This document shows positions 50,101 to 62,017 of a stretch of 64,000 nt of DNA, one piece after another. Position numbers and translations under genes: made by a program. Position 1 is the first letter of the stretch. Every line of letters begins with the position of its first letter. The notes beneath the pieces were generated by a model, which was not told the origin of the DNA, made no database searches, and saw only the letters and a list, made by a program, of their open reading frames with translations. Location of the stretch: NCBI RefSeq assembly GCF_004010195.1, contig NC_057753.1, positions 14,359,937 to 14,423,936 on the forward strand. Direction: 5' to 3'. This stretch comes from Chiloscyllium plagiosum (taxonomy: Eukaryota).

Positions 50101-53100
50101 AATAAAACCAAACGCATTGTATGCCATCTTAACAGCACTATCAACCTGGGTGACAGTTTTCAGGGATCTATGTACATGACTCCAAGTTCCCTCTGCACAT
50201 CAACACTACCAAAGGTCTTGCCATGGATCCGGTATTGTGCCTTCCTGTTATTCTTCCCGAAGTGAATCACCTCATATTTGTCTGCATTGAAATCCACTTG
50301 CCAGCTCTCAGCACAATTCTGCAGTTGATCCAAGTCCCCTTGTAACCTGCAACATTCTACCACACTGTCCGTTTCTCCACCGACTTTAGTGACATCTGCA
50401 AACTTATTTACCAATACACGTATACCTGCGTCCAACTCTTTATAAAAATGGCAAACAGCAATGGTCCCAAAACAGATCCTTGTGGCACACCACTAGTAAC
50501 TGATCTCCAGACGGAAAACTTTCCATCAACCACCACTCGCTGCCTTCTTACAGAAAGCCAGTTTCTAATCCAAACTGCAGAATCAAAATCAGCTCCATGC
50601 TTCTGCATTTTCTCCAACATCCTACCATGTGGAACCTTGTCAAAGGCTTGACTTAAGTCCATGTATACCACGTCAAATTCGTTACCCTCATCCACACCTT
50701 CTCAGAAAACTCAATGAGATTTGCGAGACATGACTGCCCTTGACGAAACCATGTTGACTATCTGCAATCAAATTGTTGCTTGCTAGATGATTATAAATTG
50801 TATCTCTTATCATCCTTTCCAAACCTTTTCCTACAGTAGACGTAAGGCTCACGTGTCCATAATTACCTGGGTCATTTCTACTTCCCTTCTTGAACAAGGC
50901 GACAACATTTGCAATCCTCCAGTCTTCTGGTAGTAAACCTCTAGACAATGACAACTCAATGATCAAGGCCAAGACTCCAACATCACCTCGCCATCTTCCT
51001 AGAGAATCCTCGGATAAATCTCATCCGGCCCAGAGGACTTGTCTAATTGTACCGCTTCTGGAATTGGTAACACCTCGATCCTTTCTCGTCTAAAACCTCT
51101 ATCTCATTCTTCTCCTCTGCAATGTTCTCCTTTTCCTGAGTGAAAATCGTTGAGAAATATTCGTTTAGCACCTCTCCCGATCTTTGCAGTGTCCACATAC
51201 AGTTTCCCACTTCTGTCTTTGGCTGGCCCGATTCCCACTCTAGACAACCTTTTATTTCTCACTTACCTATAGAAAGCTTTCGGATTCTCCTTTATTCTGC
51301 CTGCTAAAGACTGCACATACCCTCTCCTCGCTCTTCTTAACTCTCTCTTTAAATCATTCCTAGCTAATTTGTAACTCTCCATCGCCTCACCTGAAACATC
51401 TCGTCTCAACGTCACATTTGCCTCCTTCTCCCGCTTAAGAAGAGATGAAATTTCTTTAGTAACAAACGGTTACCTTACATTATGGCGTGCTTCCAGTCTG
51501 ACAGGGACATATCTACTTAGGACACGCAATATATGTTCGTTAAACCAGCTCCACATTTCGATTGCCTCCATCCCGTGCATTTTGCTACCCCATTCCATGC
51601 ATCCTAAGTCTTGCCTAATCGCATTCTAATTGCCCTTCCCCCATCTCTAACTCTTGCCTTTTGGCATGTACTTATTCCTTTACATCGCTAAACTAAACAT
51701 AACCGAATTATGGTCACGCTCTCTAAAGTGCTCACCTACCACTAAATCAAACTGCTGGCTTGGCTCATGATCAAACACCAGATCCAATGTGCCCTTCCCT
51801 CTTGTCGGACCTTCCACATACTGCTTCAGGAAACCTTCCTGTACACATTGGGAAAAAAAACTGGTCCATCCGACGCACTAGATGTACGGCATTTCCAGTC
51901 AATGTTAGGGAAGTTAAACTCCCCCATAACGACTACCCTCTTCCTTTCATTCCTAACCAGAAACGTTTAGGCGATCCTCTCCTCTATATCCATGGAACTC
52001 TGCAGAGGTCTCTAAAAAAAACCCCGGCAATGTGACCTCTCCTTTCCTGTTTCTAACCTCAGCCCATACCATCTCAGTAGACGCGACCTCGTCAAAAGTT
52101 CTTTCAGCCACTGTTATTCTGCCCTCGACTACCAAGGCCACGCTTCCAACTCTTCTACCACCTTTCCTGTTCTAAATCAAAGATCTAAATCCTAGAAGCT
52201 GCAACATCCATTCCAGGCCCTGGCCTATTCATGTCTCCAAAATGGCAACAACAACGAAGTCCCAGGTATCTATCCATGCTGCAAACTCGCCTACCTTATT
52301 TCGGACAATTCTGGCATTGAAGCAGACATACTTCAAACCAGCTTGCTGTCCGCCAGCACATTCGTGTGACTATGAAATCCTGTCCATACCCTCCCGACTC
52401 TCATCCTCCTGTGCACTGGAACTACATCCATTCCTCTGCTGAGCTAGCTCAAACCCACCCGAATGCCGACAGTAAATTTCCCACCAACGTTATTGGTAAC
52501 CCTTTCTTTCAAGTGAAGACCATCCTGTTTGCAAATGTCTCACCTTCCCCAGAATGTGCTCCAAATAACTGTGTTCCTGAAACCCTTCCTCGTGCACCAT
52601 CCTGCAGCCACGTGTTCAGCTGATATCTCTCCCGATTCCTTACCTCGTTATCACGTGGCACCAGTAACAAATCAGAGATAACAACTCTGTGTATTCTAGT
52701 TCTCAGCTTCCACTCTCGCTCCCTGAAATCCTGACTTACATCCCTATCCCTCTGTCTAACTATGTCGTTGTACCTACGTGGACCACGACTTGGGGCTGGT
52801 CACCCTCTCCCTTCAGGACTCAAAAACACGATCTGAAACATCACAGACCCTGGCACCTGGGAGACAACACACCAACCCTGAGTCTCGTTCTTTCCCAACA
52901 ACACTTCTCTCTGAACCGCTAACTATTGAGTCCCCAATGAGTCTCCTCATTTCCCACCTTCCCTTCGGCGCAACCGGGACAGATTATGTGCCAGAGACAT
53001 GCGCCCCACCGCATGCCCTTGGTAAGTTGTCTCCCCCCCCCCCCCCCGCCCCCGAAATATCCAGAATATTATATTTGTTTTTCAGGAGAACGACCACAGA

Positions 53101-53265
53101 GGATTCCAGCACTGATTTCGTTTTCCTTCTTCGAACAGTTACCCAGCTTTATTCATGCCTGGGAATAATTACTTCCCTTTAAGTCTTCTCTATCACAGCC
53201 TCTGCCTCCCGAATAGTCCAAGGTTCATCCGGCTCCCGCTCCAGTTCCCTAACGCGGTCTTGGAA
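47125..53265 (-). mobile_element. CR1 LINE with an internal ~2.4-kb tandem duplication (~47640-50030 vs ~50040-52425) and an ORF1 remnant at ~52450-53265
   Basis: Duplicated ORFs ([34 protein letters not shown]) appear twice with high identity. Confidence 0.9.
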
Positions 53266-53469
53266 AGTGCGAGAGTTTTTTTTTTACATTACGCTAGTGT
53301 GGAAACAGGCCCTTCGGCCCAAAACGTCCACACCGACTCACCGAAGCGCAACCCACCCATACCCCTACATTTACCCCTTACCTAACACTACGGGCACTAA
53401 CACTTCAAACCAGTCGTGTGACCATGAAATACTGTCCATAACCTCCCGACTCTCATCCTCCTGTACCTA

Positions 53470-53613
53470 ACACTGTGGGAGGAAACCGGAGCACCCGGAC
53501 GAAACGGGGAGAACGTGCAAACTCCACACAGTCAGTCGCCTGAGGCGGGAATTGAACCCGGGTCTCAGGCGCTGTGAGGCAGCAGTGCTAACCACTGTGC
53601 CACCGTGCCGCCC
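53470..53613 (-). mobile_element. HE1-like SINE, 5' part
   Basis: Reverse complement GGGCGGCACGGTGGCACAGTGGTTAGCACTGCTGCCTCACAGCGCCTGAGACCCGGGTTCAATTCCCG. Confidence 0.9.
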
Positions 53614-53768
53614 ACAAGAGTTGTATGCTCTTCCTGCAGATGTACTTGGATGGGGCACTAATGGTGTCCCTCACCTCAAACATCATGCAGGACGATCATT
53701 TCTAATCCAAAAGTGGAAATGAATGTCTCTTAATGGTCATGAACAAGTGAAGAATCTGATCTAGTTTT

Positions 53769-54613
53769 NNNNNNNNNNNNNNNNNNNNNNNNNNNNNNNN
53801 NNNNNNNNNNNNNNNNNNNNNNNNNNNNNNNNNNNNNNNNNNNNNNNNNNNNNNNNNNNNNNNNNNNNNNNNNNNNNNNNNNNNNNNNNNNNNNNNNNNN
53901 NNNNNNNNNNNNNNNNNNNNNNNNNNNNNNNNNNNNNNNNNNNNNNNNNNNNNNNNNNNNNNNNNNNNNNNNNNNNNNNNNNNNNNNNNNNNNNNNNNNN
54001 NNNNNNNNNNNNNNNNNNNNNNNNNNNNNNNNNNNNNNNNNNNNNNNNNNNNNNNNNNNNNNNNNNNNNNNNNNNNNNNNNNNNNNNNNNNNNNNNNNNN
54101 NNNNNNNNNNNNNNNNNNNNNNNNNNNNNNNNNNNNNNNNNNNNNNNNNNNNNNNNNNNNNNNNNNNNNNNNNNNNNNNNNNNNNNNNNNNNNNNNNNNN
54201 NNNNNNNNNNNNNNNNNNNNNNNNNNNNNNNNNNNNNNNNNNNNNNNNNNNNNNNNNNNNNNNNNNNNNNNNNNNNNNNNNNNNNNNNNNNNNNNNNNNN
54301 NNNNNNNNNNNNNNNNNNNNNNNNNNNNNNNNNNNNNNNNNNNNNNNNNNNNNNNNNNNNNNNNNNNNNNNNNNNNNNNNNNNNNNNNNNNNNNNNNNNN
54401 NNNNNNNNNNNNNNNNNNNNNNNNNNNNNNNNNNNNNNNNNNNNNNNNNNNNNNNNNNNNNNNNNNNNNNNNNNNNNNNNNNNNNNNNNNNNNNNNNNNN
54501 NNNNNNNNNNNNNNNNNNNNNNNNNNNNNNNNNNNNNNNNNNNNNNNNNNNNNNNNNNNNNNNNNNNNNNNNNNNNNNNNNNNNNNNNNNNNNNNNNNNN
54601 NNNNNNNNNNNNN
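53769..54613. other. Assembly gap (845 N)
   Basis: Run of n characters. Confidence 1.
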
Positions 54614-54819
54614 AGGGCAGCAGAGAGATTGACAAAATATCAGCGGGAAGTTCCCCTCTAAGTCACTCGCCCTCTGCCTTGGAAATGTATCACCCACCCT
54701 TCAGTATCAGTGGATCATTAGAGTGCCTTTTCTTCCCTCATAATATCCTGTCTTTACCTCAACACTAAGTGATGCAGCTGTTTGAAAATGTTAACCGCCA
54801 TCTCCTCCAGGGTATTTGG

Positions 54820-55140
54820 GTGGGGCAGCATGGTGGCTCAGCAGCTAGCACTGCAGCCTCACAGTACCGGTAACCCCGGTTCGATTCCAGCATTATGCAA
54901 ATGACTGTGTGGAATTTGTACATCTTTCCCGTGTCTGTGTATATATCCTTCCGGTGCGCTGGCTTCCTCCCATAATCCAAAAGTGTGTGGGAAAGAAGCA
55001 TTGTCCATGGCAAACTGCCCGTAGTCTTAGGTACATTAGTTAGAGAAATGAGGAAATGGGTCTGGGTGGGTTACACTTCAGGGAGTTGGCAGAGGGCTTG
55101 TTTGGTCGAAGGGCCAGTGTCCAAACGGTAGGGCTTCCAA
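54820..55140 (+). mobile_element. HE1-like SINE
   Basis: GGGGCAGCATGGTGGCTCAGCAGCTAGCACTGCAGCCTCACAG head and matching body. Confidence 0.8.
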
Positions 55141-55330
55141 GTTCTAAGTACTATGCCAGACAGAGGCGATCACATAGTCCGAGGAAAAAAAATCAAGGAG
55201 TTGCTAATATTATCTTTAGGTGATAAAGCTGAGACATTTTTCAATCTCTAAGGATACGATGGCATTTTATCGTGGGCGGGGCTTATAGAATGAGTGTCTT
55301 CAAATCTCCATTCCGCAGAGGACAGCAACA

Positions 55331-55746
55331 ATGCGGCCACTCAGCAGCAAGTCTTACAGGTAAATACGAAGTAAGTGCATTTCACATTTCTTCATCAAGC
55401 CATAGTTTAAACTGACCATAGCCTGATGGTTTACAATTGATTTCTGTTTTCTCTTTTAGATCTGAGTCATGGAGATTCTGTTGCTCAGATGTTTGGACAG
55501 AATAAGACGAGGTGACTCTAAGTTGTAACTATGAAACTGTAGCGAGCTCCTATGCATTTTACTCTAACCGACAGCACCCAAACATACAACCCGGACCTAT
55601 TGTGGGGAAAGGTACTGATGGTTCTGGTTATAAAGCAAATTTGCATAATATCGTTTCTATATGGAATTTCAGACCTTAAAGAAACTTACCAGTTTTACTA
55701 TAACAGGTTACAGCTGTCTGAAACTGCCATGTATTCCTGCACGATA
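55331..55746 (+). pseudogene. TRAV/DV: Inverted TCR V pseudogene V8 (family A)
   Basis: Leader 55331-55359 (shortened to 29 nt), GTAAAT donor, acceptor at 55458-55459, exon LSHGDSVAQ...VTLSCNYET...SETAMYSC with frameshifts; degenerate RSS ~55747-55786; 3' flank is the reverse complement of the other family-A flanks. Confidence 0.9.
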
Positions 55747-56691
55747 TTGAGTGATGAGAAACTGCATCACTCCTGCAGACAAAACTTCCCTGAACCATAA
55801 GTTGGCTCTCTGCCTGTGGGACTTGGCATGATTCACAGACTGTTGCAACGATCTGTTCAAAGTCGTTCAGAGAGGAAATCAAATTAACCTTGGTCAAACT
55901 GTTAGCCAAAGGTTTCCCGGAGTTCGGATGAAAAAAAATTGAAAATTCTGAGCACTCATACACGCACAGAAAAGAGTCATGTTTGAGTATTCACCTTCAA
56001 AATCCATGGTCAACAGTTTCCTGTCATGTGAGTTGTAGACAGTAAGCGTGGAGGTAGCACAACCCTTAGTTCCCAAGCTTCACAGACACTGACGAATTAT
56101 TGTGGTGTTGATAAACACAAAGAATGTTTTCAATCATCAATTTCTCTTCAGACATCCAGCCCTGGAACAATACAACGTACTTTTTTGCAAGGTTAGTGGG
56201 ATTTTAATGAGAATGGGCCCATAATTTAGAGTCCAGGAATTGTTATGACACGGGCTAAACCAGCCCACCCGCCACTCCCGCTATTTTAAACTGGAACACA
56301 AAGGTAAGTTACCCGTGCTGTAATCTGTTAAAACTCGAGAGGCCAAGAACTGTCCCAAAAGTCACTATTTTAAATAAAATCTGACCTTTGAATGTCAAAA
56401 ACAGAATAAATAATTAACAACTTTTTACGGCTCCTTTCTTCAACCTATATTTTACATTCACTTCTGTAATACTGGTCCAATAAAAACCCCCGTTAAGGTT
56501 TACCAAAGAAATTAAATTTCAAAACCAGCCAGCTGTCAAATCTTTCCTTTCTATCCTCATCTGTCTTCTTTTCTTTTTCTAAAGGATTCTTTTTCACATT
56601 AGGTCGACAGATAAAGGTACCTTGAAGACAGCTGTTCTTCGGACAGTCTGCATAGTTGGTGGCTTGGCAGCGCTCCTCCAACTGTTCAATT

Positions 56692-59600
56692 TATAGAACG
56701 TAGAACGTAGAACATAGAACATTACATCGCAGTACAGGCCCTTCGGCCCTCGATGTTGCGCCGCCCTATCATACTAATCGGAAGCCCATCCCACCTACAC
56801 TATTCCATGTGCGTCTATATGCCTGTCCAATGACGACTTAAATGCACTTAAACTAGGCAAATCTACTACCATTGCAGGCAAAGCGTTCTATACCCTTACT
56901 ACTCTCTGAGTAAAGAAACTACCTCTGATATCTGTCTTAAACCTATCTCCCCTCACTTTAAAGTTGTGTCCCCTCGTCTTTGCTGTTCCCATAATTGGAA
57001 AAAGGTTCTTCCTGTCCACCCTATCTAAACCTCTGATTATCTTGTATGTCTCTATTAAGTCACATCTCAACCTTCTTCTCTCTAACGCGAACAGCCTCAA
57101 GGCCCTCAGCTTTTCCTCGTAAACTATTCCTTCCATACCAGGCAACATCCTAATAAATCTCCTCTGCACCATTTCAAAGCTTCCACATCCTTCTTATAAT
57201 GCAGTGATCAGAACAGCATACAATACTCCAAGTGTGGCCGTACCAGAGCTTTGTACAGATGTCCCTCTGCAACCTACTGCATCCTTCGTCATTATCCACA
57301 ACTCTACCGACCTTAGTGCCGTCCGCAAGTTTACTAACCCATCCTTCTAAGCCCTCATCCAGGTCATTTATAAAAATGATGAGCAGCAGTGGACCCAACA
57401 CCAACCCTTGTGGTACGCTGCTAGTAACTGGACACCGAGATGTACATGCTCCATCACTACAACCCTCTGTATTCTTTCTGCAAGCCAATTACTGATCCAA
57501 ACTCATGTGTCTCCCACAATCCCTTTCCTGCACATTTTGTATAATAGCCTACTGTGGGGAACCTTATTGAACGCCTTGCTGAAATCCATATACACCACAT
57601 CAACCAGTTTACTCTCATCTAGCTGTTTGGTCAAAAAAGTCAATAAGATTCGTTAGGAACGACCTACTCTTCACAAAACCGTGCTGACTGTCCCTGATTA
57701 GATTATTCTTTTCTAGATCATTATAAATCCTATCTCTTATAACCTTTTCCAACGCTTTAACAACAACTGAAGTGAGACTCACTGGTCTGTAATTACCAGG
57801 GTTGTCCCTACTACCCTTTTTGAACAAGGTATCCACATTTGCAATCCTCCAGTCCTCAGGCACTATTCCTGTAGACAATGTTGATTTGAAAAACAATGCC
57901 AAAGGTTCGGCAATCTCTTCCCTTGCTTCCTAGAGGATCCTCGGATAGATCCCGTCCGGCCCAGGGTACATGTCTATTTTCACACTCTGCATTATTTCTA
58001 ATAACTCTTCCTTGTGAACCTCAATCTCTTCTAGTCTAGATGCAAGTATCTCTGTATTTTCCTCGCCAACATTTTCTTCTTCTATAGTGAACACTGTAGA
58101 GAAATATTTATTTAGTGTTTCCCCTATCTCCTCTGACTCCACACACAACTTCCCACTATTATACTTGATTGGCCCTAATTTAACTCACGTCATTGTTTTA
58201 TTCTTGACATACCGAGGGAAAGCCTTAGGGTTAACCCTGATCCTATTCGCCAACAACTTCTCATGTCTCCTCCTGGCTCTTCAGCGTTATCTTTTTAGGT
58301 ATTTCCTGACACTGTGTAACCCTCAATTGCCCTAACTGAGTTTTCACATTTTGTCCTAACATAAGCCTTCTTCTTCTTCTTGATCAGGGATTCCACTTCC
58401 TTAGTAATCCATGGCTCACGCGTTCTGTATCCTCCTCCCTGCCTGACAGGCACATACGTATCTAGGACATACAGGAGCTTTTCATGAATAAGCTCCACAT
58501 TTTGAATGTGCTCATCCCCGGCAGTTTCTTTCCCCATTCTACGCTTCCTAAATCTTTCCTAATTGCATCGTGATTTCCCTTCCCCCAGTTGTAACTCTTT
58601 CTCGGTGGAGTACACCTATCCCTTTCCATCACTAAAGTTAAGCAAAGTGTTCACCTACTTCCAAGTCTAACAGCTGACCAGGCTCGTTACCCAGTACTAA
58701 ATCTAAAGTGGTTTCGCCCCTTGTAGACCTGTCTACGTACTGTGTCAGGAAGCCCTCCTGCACGCACTGTACAAAAACTGGCCCATTTATAGTACTCGTA
58801 CTGTAGTGATTCCAGTCAATATTTGGATAATTGAAGTCCCCCATGACAGCTACCCTGTCTCTCTCACTCGTTTAGAGAATCATCTTTGCTGTCCTTTCCT
58901 TTACATCTCTGGGACTATTCGGAAGCCTATTAAAAAACTCCCAGCATGGTGACTTCTCCTTTCCTGTTTCTAACCTCAGCCCATACTACCTCAGTTAACG
59001 AGTCCCCAAATATCTTTTCTTCAACTGTAATAATGTCCCTGATCAACAATGCCACACCTCCCCCTCTTTTACCATCTTCTTTGTTCTTACTGAAACATCT
59101 GAATCTCGGAACCTGCAACAGTCCCTCCTGTCCCTCCTCTATCCATGTCTCCGTAATGGCCACAACATCGAAGTCCTAGGTACCAACCCACGATGCCAGT
59201 TCACCCACTTTATTTCGGATGCTCCTCGCGTTGAAGTACACACACTTCAATCCAGGTTCTCGCTTGCCAGTGTCAGATACATGATTTTGGAACTCCCTAC
59301 TCTCATCCCCTTCTCTACCTGTCCTACAATTTTGGTTCCCATCCCCCTTAGTTTAAATCCACCTTAACAGTTTTAGCGAATTTCCCACCCAGGATATTGG
59401 TACCCCTCTGGTTTAGATGAAGACCATCCTGCTTGTAGAGGTCCCACCTACCCCAGAAAGAGCTCCAATTATCCAAAAACCCGAAACCCTCCCTCCTGCA
59501 CCATCCATGTAGCCACGTGTTCAGCTCCTTCCTCTCCCGATTCCTCACCTCACCAGCACGTAGCACGGGCAGCAACCCAGAGAAAACAACTCTGTTTGTC

Positions 59601-60290
59601 CTAGCTCTAAGCTTCTATCCTCGCTCCCTGAATTTCTGCCTCAAGTCCCCATCTCTCTTCCGACCTATGTCGTCGGTGCCAATGTGGACCACGACTTGGG
59701 GTTGCTCTCCCTCCCCCGAAGGATCCCAAAAACATGATCAGAGACATCACGGACCCTGGCACCCGGGAGGCAACACACCAACGGTGAGTCTCTCTCGTCC
59801 CCACAGAAACTCCTATCTGTCCCCCTGACTATCGAGTCTCCAATGACTATTGCTCTGCTCCTTTTCCCCCTTCCCTTCTGAGCAGCAAGTGCCCCACCGC
59901 TTTCCCCTGGTAAGTCATCTCCCGCAACAGTATCCAACACAGTGTACTTATTGTTGAGGGGAATGGCCACAGGGGATCCCTGCACTGCCTGCCAGTTCCC
60001 TTTCTGCCCCCTAACTGTCACCCATCTGACTTTTTCTTTTATCTGGGGAGTGACTACCTCTGTGTAAGTCCTGTCAATAACCCCCTCTGCCTTCCGAATG
60101 ATCTGAAGTACATCCAACTCCAGCTCCCGTTCCCTAACGCGGTTTTCGAGGAGCTGGTATTGGGTGCACTTCCCACAGATGTAGTCAGCAGGGACACTAG
60201 TGGTGAGCCTTACTGCCCACATTCTGCAGGTGGAACATTCTACTGCCCTAAACTCCATTCCCACTATTCTAACTCCCGAAGTGACTATTT
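56692..60290 (-). mobile_element. Near full-length decayed CR1 LINE (ORF1 zinc finger and SGNH-esterase-like domain; ORF2 APE and RT)
   Basis: ORF1 59665-60264 with CSTC...CGKC and IVIGDSIVRG; ORF2 pieces AITETW, MGDFNYP, PGNYRPVSLTS; (TAGAAC[GA])n tail at 56692-56720. Confidence 0.93.
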
Positions 60291-60294
60291 TTTT

Positions 60295-60400
60295 AAAAAA
60301 GTATTATGAAATAAAAAAGTATTATGAAATAAACCTTAACTTGTCAATCTGGTTCCCACATTATGAAATAAACCTTAACTTGTCAATCTGGTTCCCACAC
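60295..60400. repeat. Short tandem duplications at the CR1 5' end
   Basis: ATTATGAAATAAACCTTAACTTGTCAATCTGGTTCCCAC x2 and AAAAAAGTATTATGAAAT x2. Confidence 0.9.
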
Positions 60401-61525
60401 TTTTTTTTAGGTTAATTTGTTTAATAGTTATACCCCAAAACATCGCTTCATAGCATTAGGTTTTATATGGTCAAAATACCAAATTGAACCTTGATTGGAG
60501 TTTATTATCTCGGGGCATAATTTAAACTCAGTGCCCGAATTCGAATTTTTTTGTGAAATGAAGCATCCCGATCTGTGTTACAGTCACTGCATCTAAAATG
60601 GAGGACTGAAAATTCTGATAGATTAACCTCCGTCCATGATAAGCAATTACCCAGATTCTCTGTACAATTTACTCTTAAAGTTCTGCTCTTTTACTTCGAA
60701 AATTCTTCAACTGAAGTTAAATTTGTATATCACCAGTTAACGAGTGCCCCAAATTGCTCGCACTTGCCCCAGATTTCCACCTCCAACATTATCTTTACAG
60801 TCCCACATTTCTCCCCTCTCAAATTGCAATCTCTCCTTACAAAGCACTGGACTCAATCTCAACAGTTTTATTCCTGGTGAAGGGCTTTTGCCCGAAACGT
60901 CGATTTCGAAGCTCCTCGGATGCTGCCTGAACTACTGTGCTCTTCCAGCACCACTGACCCAGAATCTTGTTTCCAGCATCTGCAGTTATTGTTTTTACCT
61001 CAACCTCAACAGTATCCATCAATATCTTTGATATTTTTCTCTGTTCCACAGGATCAAGATTATATCTGTCTGTCTCTGTCAATTCCTCTCAGAATTCTTC
61101 AGTGAGATCATTCTTAATTTTCCTTCCACCGAGTCAGTATCTTCAGTGATCCCCCTTCTAAAACTCAGCGACCGTTCAACTGATGTCGTGTTTCTGGATT
61201 CTCCCACTCATTCTTTTCTGGTGGAGACATGTCCGTGAAACTTGGAGAAGGAGAGTCGTCTGAAACTTCACTGGCTACAAATCAAAGCACAGCAAATAGA
61301 TGAGGGCGTCAATTGAAATGGGTGCAATCGAATATATTATGTTCCCTTTCTGTGTGCAATCTAAGAATCTGCAGTTTATTTTCTCAGCAGTGCCGAGAAT
61401 CATTGGTTGACAGCCTGATGTTAATGTGGTTTCCTTTCGGTGTGTGTTTAACTTCCTGCAGCACATAGTAACTTCCAAGATGCTGAGAAAACCTCAAAAG
61501 ACAAATCAACCTCTGGTCAAAAAGC

Positions 61526-61564
61526 AGTTTTTGAACAGGTGTGAGACAGTTCCTCATCACTGTG
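61526..61564 (-). other. 23-RSS of V9
   Basis: CACAGTG (61558-61564), 23-nt spacer, TCAAAAACT (61526-61534). Confidence 0.93.
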
Positions 61565-62017
61565 TCCCTGAAAGCACAGTAGTACACGAAAGCGTCTATC
61601 AGTTGTAGTCTAGTGATAGTCAAATTGGTGAATTTGTTTGCAGTCTGGAGTTCTACAGAGAAACGGTTTTTAGCAAAATCTGCTTTATCCTCATTCCCAT
61701 TAGCATGTTTCCTCAGTATATACTCGGGTTGTGTGCCTGGCTGCTGTCTGTACCAGTATAACCAGTAATAGTTCTCTGTCGTACTATAAATACAAGTTAG
61801 AGTCATTGCCTCGCCTTTTGTGCGACAATCTGAGGAGAGTAACTGAGTGATTGAATTTCCATGACTCAGGTCTGAAAAAGAGAACAGATATACGTTGCAG
61901 AATGTTAGGCTGACATCAATGCAAAATATGAGCAAATAAGGGAATATGAATTGTATTTCCTCCGTGCTTACCTGTTAGAATTGATCCCCATACAACCCAG
62001 ATACTGAGGAGCCACAT
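61565..62017 (-). CDS. TRAV/DV: TCR alpha/delta V segment V9 (family A), open frame; leader 61972-62017, V exon 61565-61871
   Basis: MWLLSIWVVWGSILT-DLSHGNSITQLLSSDCRTKGEAMTLTC...WYRQQP...DAFVYYCAFRD; GTAAGC donor, TTTCAG acceptor. Confidence 0.92.

Noticed and set aside
53702-54697. Long ORFs of 331 and 301 aa
   Set aside because: Artefacts of the N gap.
3573-62017. NARTCR supporting-V, IgNAR or IgH cluster interpretation of family A
   Set aside because: Each V has its own leader, none has a CDR1 Cys, and no neighbouring D/J segments or 12-RSS were seen; the layout is a translocon-style V array.
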